IMG/VR virus record: IMGVR_UViG_3300030333_004509
Location: 1 to 64,000 of that record
Reading direction: 5' to 3' (one strand)
Source of the DNA: an uncultured virus (IMG/VR IMGVR_UViG_3300030333_004509)
Lineage: Duplodnaviria > Heunggongvirae > Uroviricota > Caudoviricetes
DNA length: 64,000 nt
Below, one piece after another: positions 18,790 to 29,000 of the stretch (positions are counted from its first letter, which is position 1; the number at the start of each line of letters is the position of its first letter). The position numbers and the translations under genes were made by a program. The notes beneath the pieces are model-generated. The model ran no database searches. It was not told the origin of the DNA and saw only the letters and a program-made list of their open reading frames with translations.

Positions 18790-21700
18790 ATGTCGTTCTA
18801 TCAAATGTACATGTCGACACTGGGCTACAGTGGTGTACCCGCAGGCACCTCAACGCGCGATCCTGAAGCTGTCGATATGTACCAGACACTGATCAAGACG
18901 ATCGGTAGATATCGGACAGCTACGGGTAAACGTCTGGCGCAGCAAGAGATCGCCCTGCTGAAGTCTCAGGTTGCGATTGCCAAGACGAACGCCGACATGA
19001 TCGGCATGATCCATGGTGTTGATGCCGACAACGCAGACTCGGTTCGAGATGCGCTGGTCACTCACCGTAGGACGATCCAGGACAACCGCACAAAGCTAGT
19101 TGCGGCGAGGTCTCAGTACAACGATCGCCTGATGCAATATGTGCGTGAGGATTATCGTAAAGCTTCAGGCAACCCGAATGCGGCGGCATGGGAGGCCTTG
19201 ACGGGTGGACTCTTAGATGGCCCAGAAGGTACGGCAGCCGACATTGAGATTCCGCAACTTCTGATGAGCATGCGGGAGGAGGGGTACGAAGGTATTCAGT
19301 TCGATAAGGACTTCAATATCACGTACAACGCCTATTCTGGCACGACGCTTGGCAAGAACATCGTAAGAATGTTCGAGAAAGCCAAGCAAGTTCAGGCGAG
19401 ACAGGCCAGTGCTGCTGCGTCCCTTGACACGGAAATGGCGAATCTTGGTAGCACAGTCATGTTCGATGACAAGACCTGGGCTACGATGAGTGAAGAACAG
19501 AAGGTGAAGGCCCTTAAAGATTCTCTTGGTACAGTCGAGTCAATCACTAAAACTGTTAGGGACTCAGACGGCATCACTCGATTCGACAAGTCTCAGGAGG
19601 TTCTGAATGAGCTTGAAGAACACGACACGTATGTCAAGGCTGCTGAGGGTGATCTCGACAAGCTACGCACAGAGCTCTTTGGGGCCAAGGCAGCTTCGTC
19701 AGATGTCATGGGTAAGGGTATCCAGGCTCTGGTTGATTCTGGCTGGGCCGAGTCTAATGGGTTTGAGCTCGGTCGATATATAGACAGTGACGGCGACGGC
19801 ATACCGGATAACTACGTTGAAGGTCCCGATGACCGTAAAGCCATGCTTGCCTGGAGACGCCAGCTAAAGCGCGGCACCAGTCGATACGGGATGCGAGGCG
19901 GCTCAACCGGTATGTGGGTTGAGATGCAGGTCGCTCTTAGCGACGACCAAGTCAACGAGTACCGCACCACAAGCGGGTTTGCTTACGTCGGCGAGACTCC
20001 AGAGGACGGTCGCTGGATGAGCGGGGCTCAGATTGATGCTGAGCTCGAACGCGCAGTGTCCTCTCCAGTGAAGCTTGTGGAGATCAATGGTGGCGAAGAC
20101 TACGTAGTCATGAACAGCTCAGGTGATTTCTTCCGGTATGCCGACTCTGACGGAGACGGAGCTGATGATTACTTTATCGAGATCACCGATGATGAACGGG
20201 CCGCTCTTCAGGCTAAGGTAGCTGATGGTACGTACAAGACTACGTATCTTCGCGCCGGGACAGAGGTTGATAAGGACGGCAACTTTGTCAGTGGAAGCCT
20301 GGCTACTGACGCCGATATCATTACTGAGCCGGGTGACCCCACCAAGCTAACCGCAGAAGACTTTGAAGATCTCTGGGATATCTCCCCCGATGACCCAAAG
20401 ATTCAAGCGATGCTTCAAGCCCGCGCGTTGTCTGACATGGGCGTTAAGTTCGTTGATGAGGCCACGTTCAAGTCGCTCAAGAGTCATCGAGTGGTGGGGC
20501 GGCTCAAGAAGCAACACGCTTACGACGATCTTGTCCGAGGAGTCGGTACTGTCCGGGTAGAGACTGAATACGGCGAGAAAGCATTCACACCTGATCAGAT
20601 TATCGGTAACCCAAAGGTAGTCAGCAAGAAGTCCAACATGACATTCCGCTCAGTCGTCGACCGAGCTCAGGGAGCCTATGTTGCCGATCAACTGGGTTAC
20701 GGTACCGAGGGTGTGCCGACCGAGCCCAAGACGTTTCAGCGCGGTGGTACCGTCTTCGAGGATGAGGCTGATGTCCGAGACAATGCCTATGACTGGCTGG
20801 AGACCCAGGTAGGTAACCTACCTGAATCGCCCGGCCTCGCTGAGATTCGTGACCAGTTGGCTATGGGCACGGCTGAAGGTATTCAGGAGATTGAAGGCAG
20901 CATTGACGTCACTCAATCTCAGCTGGCGGCAGTCGAGAAGAATCTTTCGACCTTCGATGCTGCAACCGAGAGGATGATCGAGAACCTGACCGAGCCTGAA
21001 AAGAGCGCTGTTCGGCGAGATCGAACTGAAGAGCGTGACCGCTTAGTTGGTGAACGCAATGAGATTCAGAATGAGCTGGCGAAGCTTGAGCGGCAGAAGG
21101 CCAGGGCTGAGCGGCAGTTTAAGCGCCAGGCTACGCCAGAGGTTGAAGAGGAAGTCGCAACGGAGATCGTGGGTCGGGACCGCGCAAGGACTCAGCGGGA
21201 ACGCGAGAAGTCTATTGCCTCAGACGCTGAGAGGTACAACGCACTTCTTAAGAACTTTGTAGAAGCTGATGATGACGGCGACGGGGTACCCAACGGGATT
21301 AAGGGCCTGGTAAACGACGATGATCTAGAGTTCTTCCTGGACTACCTGGTCATGGAAGATAGCGGCGAGAAAGCTCGTTTAGTCGACAAGGGCCTTATTA
21401 CAGAGGCAGATCTCGACAAGGCGCGAGATGCCGCAGCCTCTCGCGGGATGATCAAGTCTCGGACCGAAGCTGCCTACGCTGACCGCTATAAAATCGGTGC
21501 CCTGAGCGATGAGATTCATGAAGTGGGTGGTCTAAGGGATCAGTTGACGGATCACATGAACAACATCGAAACTATGAAGCCTCAGGTTGAGGCAACTCTC
21601 AAAGCTGTCCAGGCAAAAGGTAGGACTGAGCCTGTTACGGCAGAAGAGAAGGAGATACTCGCCAAGTATTACAAAGAGCTCGACGATCTCTCGAAAGTTC

Positions 21701-23022
21701 GCGGAGAGATAAAGACGCGGAAGGATGAGATCGATCGTATCGAGCTGAGGCCTCTTGGTTTCTTGGGCCCTGATGAGAAGCCTAAATATCGAGTCGGCAT
21801 CAGAACTCAACAGGGTCTGACTCAGCGAAAATACACGCCTCCTATGGAGCTCTTGGACAAGACTATTAGAGGTACCGAGCCTGAGGCAGTAAGCGAGGTA
21901 CAGGACAGGTTGATTGCTCTGGGTATCACTGAAGGTGGTACAGACGACGACTTCTACACTGGCCTGGAGAGGGCGCTAAAAGACTTCCAGACAAAGCAGG
22001 GCCTAACAGTCACGGGCACGACCACCGAAGAAACATGGCGTAGGCTTAGAGAGCTTACACCCGGCATCGTTGTGGACAGAGACGGTGACGGCAAAGAAGA
22101 CGAGGTCGAAACCTACACTATCGTCAGCATTGACGGGGAGACGAAGGATCGGATTCGATACGATCAAAGTGAAGACATTTACTATGTGCGCACCGAAGAC
22201 GCTAAGGACAAGAGTCTTCGCGATGTGTCGGATGTAACAGGGTCTGACTGGAAAGCGATACCCTGGAGCATTACAGACGCGGACGGAGAGCCGAGGAGAA
22301 CTGAAGCAAGCAGAAAGCTTGAGTCCCTGTTGTTCGACAGCGGGATTAGCCGTGAGGCGTTGAATTACCGTGACGTAGGAAAGGAAAATCGTGAGCGCTT
22401 CTACGACATCATGGAGGCGATCGGAGAGGGTACAGCCGACGCTGACGACTGGCGTGACCTGAAGTCCCTGATTGATCCTACTAAGCCTGACAGGCCGGTA
22501 GATATCGAGACAGAGGAGCCTATCGAGGTGTCAAAAGTTGATCCTTCTAAGGGGTCGACACTAAAGAAGAAGCCGACACCGACACCGACACCGACACCAG
22601 TTCCGACTGGCCCGATCACTGTCGCGGATGACAAGCCTGATGAGGTAGAAGAGATCCCAAAAGTAGCAGATACTGTCGAGTCTCATCCCTTCATGGTCGC
22701 TAAGGAGAGGCAAGAACAGGATGCGGCTAAGAAAGCTGAGATTGATTTTATACGGGAGTCCTTAGAAGACAAACGTAAGCGCACAGCGCAAGCGACGATG
22801 GAAGCTATCGGGCTCGATGCGCTGTCCGCCACAAAGCCTGAGCCTAAGCCTGCGACTACACCTGAGCCGCCCCCGAGTGGTGAGCCCTCAAAACCCTTGA
22901 CTATGCGACAGAAATTACTCGAGAAGTTTAAGCGGCGGAAAGCAGGCTCTGAGGTCGAAGTCCCCTCAGCCAAAACACCCCCATTGGGTGAGACTCCCGT
23001 AGCGGAAGAGGAAGAGGAATAA
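18790..23022 (+). CDS. Large internal virion protein with peptidoglycan-binding domain and DxDGDG motifs
   Basis: 1410 aa; PG_binding_1-like 'V..VQ.RL..LG...AL.DFQ..QGL.VTG....TW..L' at about 21870-22050. Confidence 0.7.
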   Translation: MSFYQMYMSTLGYSGVPAGTSTRDPEAVDMYQTLIKTIGRYRTATGKRLAQQEIALLKSQVAIAKTNADMIGMIHGVDADNADSVRDALVTHRRTIQDNRTKLVAARSQYNDRLMQYVREDYRKASGNPNAAAWEALTGGLLDGPEGTAADIEIPQLLMSMREEGYEGIQFDKDFNITYNAYSGTTLGKNIVRMFEKAKQVQARQASAAASLDTEMANLGSTVMFDDKTWATMSEEQKVKALKDSLGTVESITKTVRDSDGITRFDKSQEVLNELEEHDTYVKAAEGDLDKLRTELFGAKAASSDVMGKGIQALVDSGWAESNGFELGRYIDSDGDGIPDNYVEGPDDRKAMLAWRRQLKRGTSRYGMRGGSTGMWVEMQVALSDDQVNEYRTTSGFAYVGETPEDGRWMSGAQIDAELERAVSSPVKLVEINGGEDYVVMNSSGDFFRYADSDGDGADDYFIEITDDERAALQAKVADGTYKTTYLRAGTEVDKDGNFVSGSLATDADIITEPGDPTKLTAEDFEDLWDISPDDPKIQAMLQARALSDMGVKFVDEATFKSLKSHRVVGRLKKQHAYDDLVRGVGTVRVETEYGEKAFTPDQIIGNPKVVSKKSNMTFRSVVDRAQGAYVADQLGYGTEGVPTEPKTFQRGGTVFEDEADVRDNAYDWLETQVGNLPESPGLAEIRDQLAMGTAEGIQEIEGSIDVTQSQLAAVEKNLSTFDAATERMIENLTEPEKSAVRRDRTEERDRLVGERNEIQNELAKLERQKARAERQFKRQATPEVEEEVATEIVGRDRARTQREREKSIASDAERYNALLKNFVEADDDGDGVPNGIKGLVNDDDLEFFLDYLVMEDSGEKARLVDKGLITEADLDKARDAAASRGMIKSRTEAAYADRYKIGALSDEIHEVGGLRDQLTDHMNNIETMKPQVEATLKAVQAKGRTEPVTAEEKEILAKYYKELDDLSKVRGEIKTRKDEIDRIELRPLGFLGPDEKPKYRVGIRTQQGLTQRKYTPPMELLDKTIRGTEPEAVSEVQDRLIALGITEGGTDDDFYTGLERALKDFQTKQGLTVTGTTTEETWRRLRELTPGIVVDRDGDGKEDEVETYTIVSIDGETKDRIRYDQSEDIYYVRTEDAKDKSLRDVSDVTGSDWKAIPWSITDADGEPRRTEASRKLESLLFDSGISREALNYRDVGKENRERFYDIMEAIGEGTADADDWRDLKSLIDPTKPDRPVDIETEEPIEVSKVDPSKGSTLKKKPTPTPTPTPVPTGPITVADDKPDEVEEIPKVADTVESHPFMVAKERQEQDAAKKAEIDFIRESLEDKRKRTAQATMEAIGLDALSATKPEPKPATTPEPPPSGEPSKPLTMRQKLLEKFKRRKAGSEVEVPSAKTPPLGETPVAEEEEE

Positions 23023-26000
23023 TGCCTGAAGAGACCGAGATACCGATTCCGGGTGAAGATGTAGGCACCTCGACAGGGAAGAAGAAGAAGAAGAAGAAGA
23101 AGAACACAACTGTTGGGTCGACCGAAACTGATTCGGGCGAAACTACTAAGTCTCAGCGTGTTGTTATCCCTGAGGATAAACCTGAGGATACGGGTGAAGT
23201 CGAGAGTGAGTCTCAAGCTGGACCTCCGATCGAGGATCAGCCCGAAGAAGACACTGGACCTACAACTAGTGCTCAGCCACCCTCAACCTATAAGCCTAAG
23301 CCAGTAGATCCTGAACCCGTAGTCAAACCTGAGGTTAAGCCCTCGAAGCCTATTGTTCCTGCGGAGGTGAAGGCCGCGAGGAAAGCTCGAGCAGCGCACG
23401 ACACGGACGAGGCTCGACTCTACGGGTACTTAGGACCGGATGTTCCGCAGACGGAAGCACGACTTACGACAGATGTATTCAGGTCCGAAGAAGCTCAGAA
23501 CGCTCTGACTCCGCTTATCAGCGGCGAGACAATCGACGAGCAGAGAGCTGATTACTACAAGAGACTCATGGCTGATGTACCTCAGCCTATTCAAGACGCT
23601 TTCGGTCACAAGGGCATGGGGCTGTATAGGATGTGGGATGATATCGCATACCGAGCAGCTGTCGAGTCGGGCAAGATAGATGAGAAGACTATCGGGGTTG
23701 TACCTCACGACTCAATGCTACCTGGAGCTAGACACTCAGGGTTTCAACCTCTAAACCTTTTCGACATCGTGCTCGTCCCCCAGATAATGGCTGATGAGCA
23801 GACAACTGACAGCTTCATTGGGCGGATTGACGATGTTGCAGCGAAGATGCTTGACCCAAAAGACCTCGACGAGAGTGGGATCAGTAAGACTGCGCAGGAA
23901 TATGTTGAAGGCTTATCCTTGCCTGAGCTCCATGCACTAGACACTAAGATCCTCCCCACGATGATATACAATCTTGCAGGTCAGCATTATGGTTATGACC
24001 CAGCGGTAATCGAAGCCTACCAGGCAATGACTGGAGGCGAGTTACCTCAAGATGTTAACGGGAGGCCTATCTCTGCGTATAAGACTCAGTCAAGTGGTGG
24101 TGGAGCTTTCGGTGTACAAGAGCTGGTTCCGAGAGAGGGTTCACCCTATGCAGATGATCCCGAGCAGTACAAGTCATTCTTACTAGTGCACGACAGGCTC
24201 AGGCTGCTTGTCGATCTCGAGACACAAGAACGGGAAGCGAAGTCTGAGGAACTTCGCATGGGCGCCGACGAAGCCGAGGTAGAGCGCCGCGAGACAGAAG
24301 TTATCGGAGCTCGAGGTGGGGTGAGTATTGCTCGAGAAGTGCTCGAGAACCGAGGCGAGAGCCCACCTGAGATAGGTACAATCGAGTATGAGCGAACTAC
24401 CAGTAATGGGCGTATTTCGGACTATCAAAGATTACTTGCAACCCCCTATCTCAGTCACGACCGCTATGTACCGGTGGACTCTATGCCCGGTACTTACAAA
24501 GGCTATGACCAGGGTGTGGTTGACACCTACCGAGAAGAGGCTCGAGTGGTGGGGACATTTGCGTCTGGAGGCAAAAGACCGACACCCGCACCGGGTCGGG
24601 TAATGCCCGCCACTCCACAAAAGAGGGTCTCACTCCCTGGAAGTGAGAGGATTGTAAGTGTGCAGCCTCTGCGGCAAGCTATGCCCAGACCTGAATCAGG
24701 TCTCTCGCTTCCAGCTATGGGCGGACCACCACCACCATCACCGTTTGAGCCCGGAGAACTTTGGTCTGTCAAGAAAGGCTTCATCGCAAAAGTAACCCCG
24801 ACTCACACAGCCAGCGAGGGAGTAGCCTACTTAACTAGGAGCGACGATAACGACCCTCGCATCACATACGCTACCGTTGATCCTACCATTAAGCCTCACC
24901 CTCTGGATGTTGACCGCAAGATACGTCAGCTCAGAGATGCGGGTGAAGACGAGAACGGGAACACCGTAGACGACGCTTACATCAATCGCTTCATGGCACG
25001 CATGAACACGTCGCCTGATGAGATCGATACTTATCGTCGACTTATTCAGGCTGAAGAAGAGCACCTGGCTCGGCTGTTTAGTCGCGAAGGCGGCGAGGGC
25101 GGCACGACTAGAAACGTCCGAATCGAAAACTTAAAGAAAGAGATCAAAGACCTGGAAGCTGAGAGAGCTACCTTGACGGCAGAGCGTGAGGGTCTCGAAG
25201 AATCCCCTGAGGGTTATAGTCGAGGTACAGCCATTAACCGAAGACTGAAGGCGATCGCAGCCGAGATCCCCAAAGCACAAGCGGATGTCGACAGGTTGTC
25301 TGAGACTCGGAGGATGCGCACCGTAAGCCCCGCATCAGGTGAAACGATCTCTATGGACATAGAGCGATACCCGCAGAAAGCGGATGAGAGCCCGCTCGAG
25401 TATATGCGTAGGCTCGCGATCTTACGGGTCGATCTGAAGGTACGCATCGCTCGAAATAAGAACGTGATTGCAGCTCTAAGAGAGAAACAGACTAAGCTCG
25501 AGTCCACTAAGGCAGCCCCCACAGACGAAGCATGGATTGAGTTTATCGGCTCTCTGGAAGAGGTGATGAATGAGCGGGCTGTGCAGGCAAGAGAGTCCGA
25601 AAAGTATTTAACTGCGGCTAGAGCCGGTAGTGCCGCTGTTGGTGCTGGTCGAAATAGACCGGATGACCCTGAAGGTACCGCTATTGAGAAGTTCGGTTAC
25701 ATTCAACCTCCGAGACCTTATGCCGAGTATATATGGGCAGAAAGTCCCGATATCGAAGAGATCGGTTACCCCGTGTACTGGCTAGATGACGGTAACGAGC
25801 ATACCCACGGAGACGCACGACACCCGATTGCCATCAGACAAGGTCTTGTCTTCAATCGAAGGCTGACACTTACAGATAAAGAAGACAAATACGGCCCTAT
25901 AACCGGCTACTGGGTGACGATAGAAGAAGACAAGCTAATCAACCAGCTGTTAAAAGTGCGGGACGAGCAAGATGCTGAAGCACAAAAGCTGCAGGAGCAA

Positions 26001-26087
26001 ATTGAGGCCGTCAATGCTAAAGTCAGGGAGCTCAACCGGGTTACTGGAATGGAGCAAGAACAGCTTAGGCTGATAGGTGGTATCTAG
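23022..26087 (+). CDS. Large putative internal virion protein
   Basis: 1021 aa; TAATG coupling; poly-Lys and P/E-rich N-terminus; coiled coils. Confidence 0.7.
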   Translation: MPEETEIPIPGEDVGTSTGKKKKKKKKNTTVGSTETDSGETTKSQRVVIPEDKPEDTGEVESESQAGPPIEDQPEEDTGPTTSAQPPSTYKPKPVDPEPVVKPEVKPSKPIVPAEVKAARKARAAHDTDEARLYGYLGPDVPQTEARLTTDVFRSEEAQNALTPLISGETIDEQRADYYKRLMADVPQPIQDAFGHKGMGLYRMWDDIAYRAAVESGKIDEKTIGVVPHDSMLPGARHSGFQPLNLFDIVLVPQIMADEQTTDSFIGRIDDVAAKMLDPKDLDESGISKTAQEYVEGLSLPELHALDTKILPTMIYNLAGQHYGYDPAVIEAYQAMTGGELPQDVNGRPISAYKTQSSGGGAFGVQELVPREGSPYADDPEQYKSFLLVHDRLRLLVDLETQEREAKSEELRMGADEAEVERRETEVIGARGGVSIAREVLENRGESPPEIGTIEYERTTSNGRISDYQRLLATPYLSHDRYVPVDSMPGTYKGYDQGVVDTYREEARVVGTFASGGKRPTPAPGRVMPATPQKRVSLPGSERIVSVQPLRQAMPRPESGLSLPAMGGPPPPSPFEPGELWSVKKGFIAKVTPTHTASEGVAYLTRSDDNDPRITYATVDPTIKPHPLDVDRKIRQLRDAGEDENGNTVDDAYINRFMARMNTSPDEIDTYRRLIQAEEEHLARLFSREGGEGGTTRNVRIENLKKEIKDLEAERATLTAEREGLEESPEGYSRGTAINRRLKAIAAEIPKAQADVDRLSETRRMRTVSPASGETISMDIERYPQKADESPLEYMRRLAILRVDLKVRIARNKNVIAALREKQTKLESTKAAPTDEAWIEFIGSLEEVMNERAVQARESEKYLTAARAGSAAVGAGRNRPDDPEGTAIEKFGYIQPPRPYAEYIWAESPDIEEIGYPVYWLDDGNEHTHGDARHPIAIRQGLVFNRRLTLTDKEDKYGPITGYWVTIEEDKLINQLLKVRDEQDAEAQKLQEQIEAVNAKVRELNRVTGMEQEQLRLIGGI

Positions 26088-29000
26088 TGAGCGATTACGA
26101 GGACACGCCGGAGGGACTCCCTGAACCTGAAGTCCCTAAGATTGATGATACTTATGGCCTCCGCGAGGAGGACATCAAAGAGTATATGGACATCGCAGGC
26201 GTCAGCCGTCAGAAGGCTATTCGAGTTTTAGCCCCCAATCTCGGAGCTCAAGTTGCGCAACGAGAAGCAAAGCTGGACATACGTAAGCAGCAAGATGAAG
26301 TAGTTGATCGCCTCGATATTACCGGTTTAGGTAACAAGCTGAAGGGCAACCAAGGCGCGATCGAAATGGGCTTGACCCCGCGCTATACAGATCACAACGA
26401 CGTATTGGATAAGCACGCTCAATCAGTCGGTATGTCAGCGGATGAATATCGCCAAGAACTTGGAGCACTCAACGTCGGGTACGAAGCTCTGGTCGAGGAC
26501 ATCGTTACGCGCGGACGACCAGTAGAGCACGCACTCAAGATGGCGGATAAACGTGGGTCACTGGCAAGAGTGGATTCCCGTACACGCGAGATTGAGCAGA
26601 CTGGTCATTACCTCCAGACAAAAGCCCGGGTCTTAGCTCGTACCGATCCTGAGGCAGCTAAGGAGTTAGGGATTGAGATTGATCCTATCTTCGTTGACGA
26701 AGAAAGCTCCTTTGGCCTAAGCGGCACCTCTGAGTATGAGAGGCGACAAGTCGTATCTCAGCCAGGCGAATACGGATTTCAAGCTGCCCAGATGCAAGCT
26801 GAAGCCTTGGTGACCTCAAACCCTGAGCTTGGTCAATGGGTCAAAGAGCTCAGCGCAAGTCATGTCGGTGGCGATACTTACATCACTCGACGCGCTACGC
26901 AGAAACTCGATAAGTGGAAGGCGGCAAACCCTGGGTACGACCAGAAAGAAGCAGAAGACTTGGAGAAAGTCTTCATCGACCAAGCCATGGAAGAGCTGGG
27001 CATATTCAAGACTATTGGTTGGTGGCAGATGCCCATCTTCATGTCTTCGCGGTATCGGTATGGAGATGCGAAAGACGATAGTTTTATTACAGCAATGGCG
27101 CCTCAGATTGAGATTGTCGGCCTTAACAACAAGGGTCACGTCGTTACTCGGACTGCAGGTGCAGGGCAGTATGGGATAAAGACCGTCGACTTTCTTCAGG
27201 CCGGTGTTGTTGGCGGCTTGGCTACGATAGGTACCGAAGAAGACTGGTGGAGTGGGTCTAAGCGAGGTATCGCGAATCAACGTGACTTCTTAGAGTGGTC
27301 TCAAGATCTAGCAGGTCATGACGCAAGCACCATAAAGAAGGCAGGCTACGGTATAGCCGCGTTGCCATTCTTGCTGCTTACCCCAGACGCACTATTCGGT
27401 ACAGCAGGCGCAGCCAAGATCGCTGGTCGCGGCGGCAAGCTTGTGCGCAAAGGTGCGGTAACTCGCAAGCACATGACTTCGATTGAAGACATTTTGTCAG
27501 GGGCTAAAGGCGGCGACATTGATGCGCTCACCATGGCAGACATCGAGCGGATCCAAGCACTCGATAAGAGCCTGATGCTGAATGACGAGATTGCGGAGCA
27601 GATGGACCTATTGGATGGTCAGATCGGTGCCTTCTTGGGTCGATCAAATCCATATACAGGCTTTACGTTTGTCAAGGGTGAGCCTAACAAGGGCATAAAG
27701 CTGGCCGACGATCTACCCGGTAATCTGGGTGGTCAGGGTATCAATCTTCACCCCACACGAAGAAAGGCAAGGGCTAAAGCTCAGGCGCAAGAGTTAGCCG
27801 AGCGTGAAGCCAGGGCTAAGGCGAAGGGCAAGGTCGAGAAGAAGGGCATAGAGATTGAGACGCCCAAGGTCGAGATACCCGACCTCTACGACTATGCCGG
27901 TCATCTGAAGAGGATTCGTACTGCGAGAAAAGCCGTGGATGATCTGGATGTCGGGGACTTTGCTCCGCGGCTCGACGCAGACATTACGTCTGAGTCCGTG
28001 CGGATCACGAATATCATCTCAGATATTGCTGACGCCGAGGTCGCAGCGAACTTTCGTCTGAAGATGAAGGGCAGCTTAGATGACGCGCTGAAGCGGCCTG
28101 GTGTTCCTGCGAGAGGTGCGAACACGGAAGACGCGGCTCGTTTTTGGTATTCCGATATGGTCGAGGAAGTACGCAAGCTTCCAGGCATGGAGAAGGCAAC
28201 TGATGAGCTTGCTGCGATTGACCGAGCTCTTGCCGCGGGGGAGATCACCGAGGCAGAAGCTAAGGCGGCAAGAAAGCCGTTCCAGGCACAGGCTGCAGCA
28301 CGTCGACAAGTCTACAACCAGCTTGAGTCTATCGCTAAGAAGGCGCAAAAGATTGCAGACGACAGCCCTCTGAAGAGAACAAAGCAAGCATTGGATCGTG
28401 CTGAAGAGGCTGTCAAGGCAAACCTCGAGAGTCGCATCGCTGCTTGGTACGTGTTGCATGACCAGCTACAGGGCGGGCTGTTGTTCAAGGGTCGACGTCG
28501 AGTAAACCCGCTGGCTGAAGGTAGTAAGCTAGCCAACAAGATCAAAGACTTTATTGATCTCACGCCAGATGCTCAGAACTTCGCAGGTATGCTGCAGAAG
28601 TACTTCAACATGAGCCAAGCAGAGGCCGACGCAAACGCCCGACTCTTTGATGCCGCAGCTAAAGCGTGGGCCTACCAGAATCAGCGCACCCCGCATGACT
28701 GGTGGAAGCGTACAATCGCAGGCGTCAAGTCCAAGGAAGACTTCATTGAGCGGTTCAAGAATGGGCCTCCAGATGTGACTAATCCTCCAGGTAAGGGAGG
28801 TAAGGTTACGCCTGACGGGGATGGACCCACACCTGATCCTACCGGGATGGTACCTGTCGTCGCCCCTCACTGGCAGGGCAACATGAACACTGTGGCAGGT
28901 CGAGCATCTACGGCTCTACCCGATGGCTACAGACTTGAAGGGTTTGGCGGCGAGGCTCTCGAGTTTCCCTCTGGTATCGGACCTAAGGGTGACCGCGGAC

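Noticed and set aside
22573..23102. Phase-variable microsatellites (CCGACA)n and (AAG)8
   Set aside because: Unit lengths are multiples of 3 and encode PT and poly-K linkers, so they cannot shift frame.
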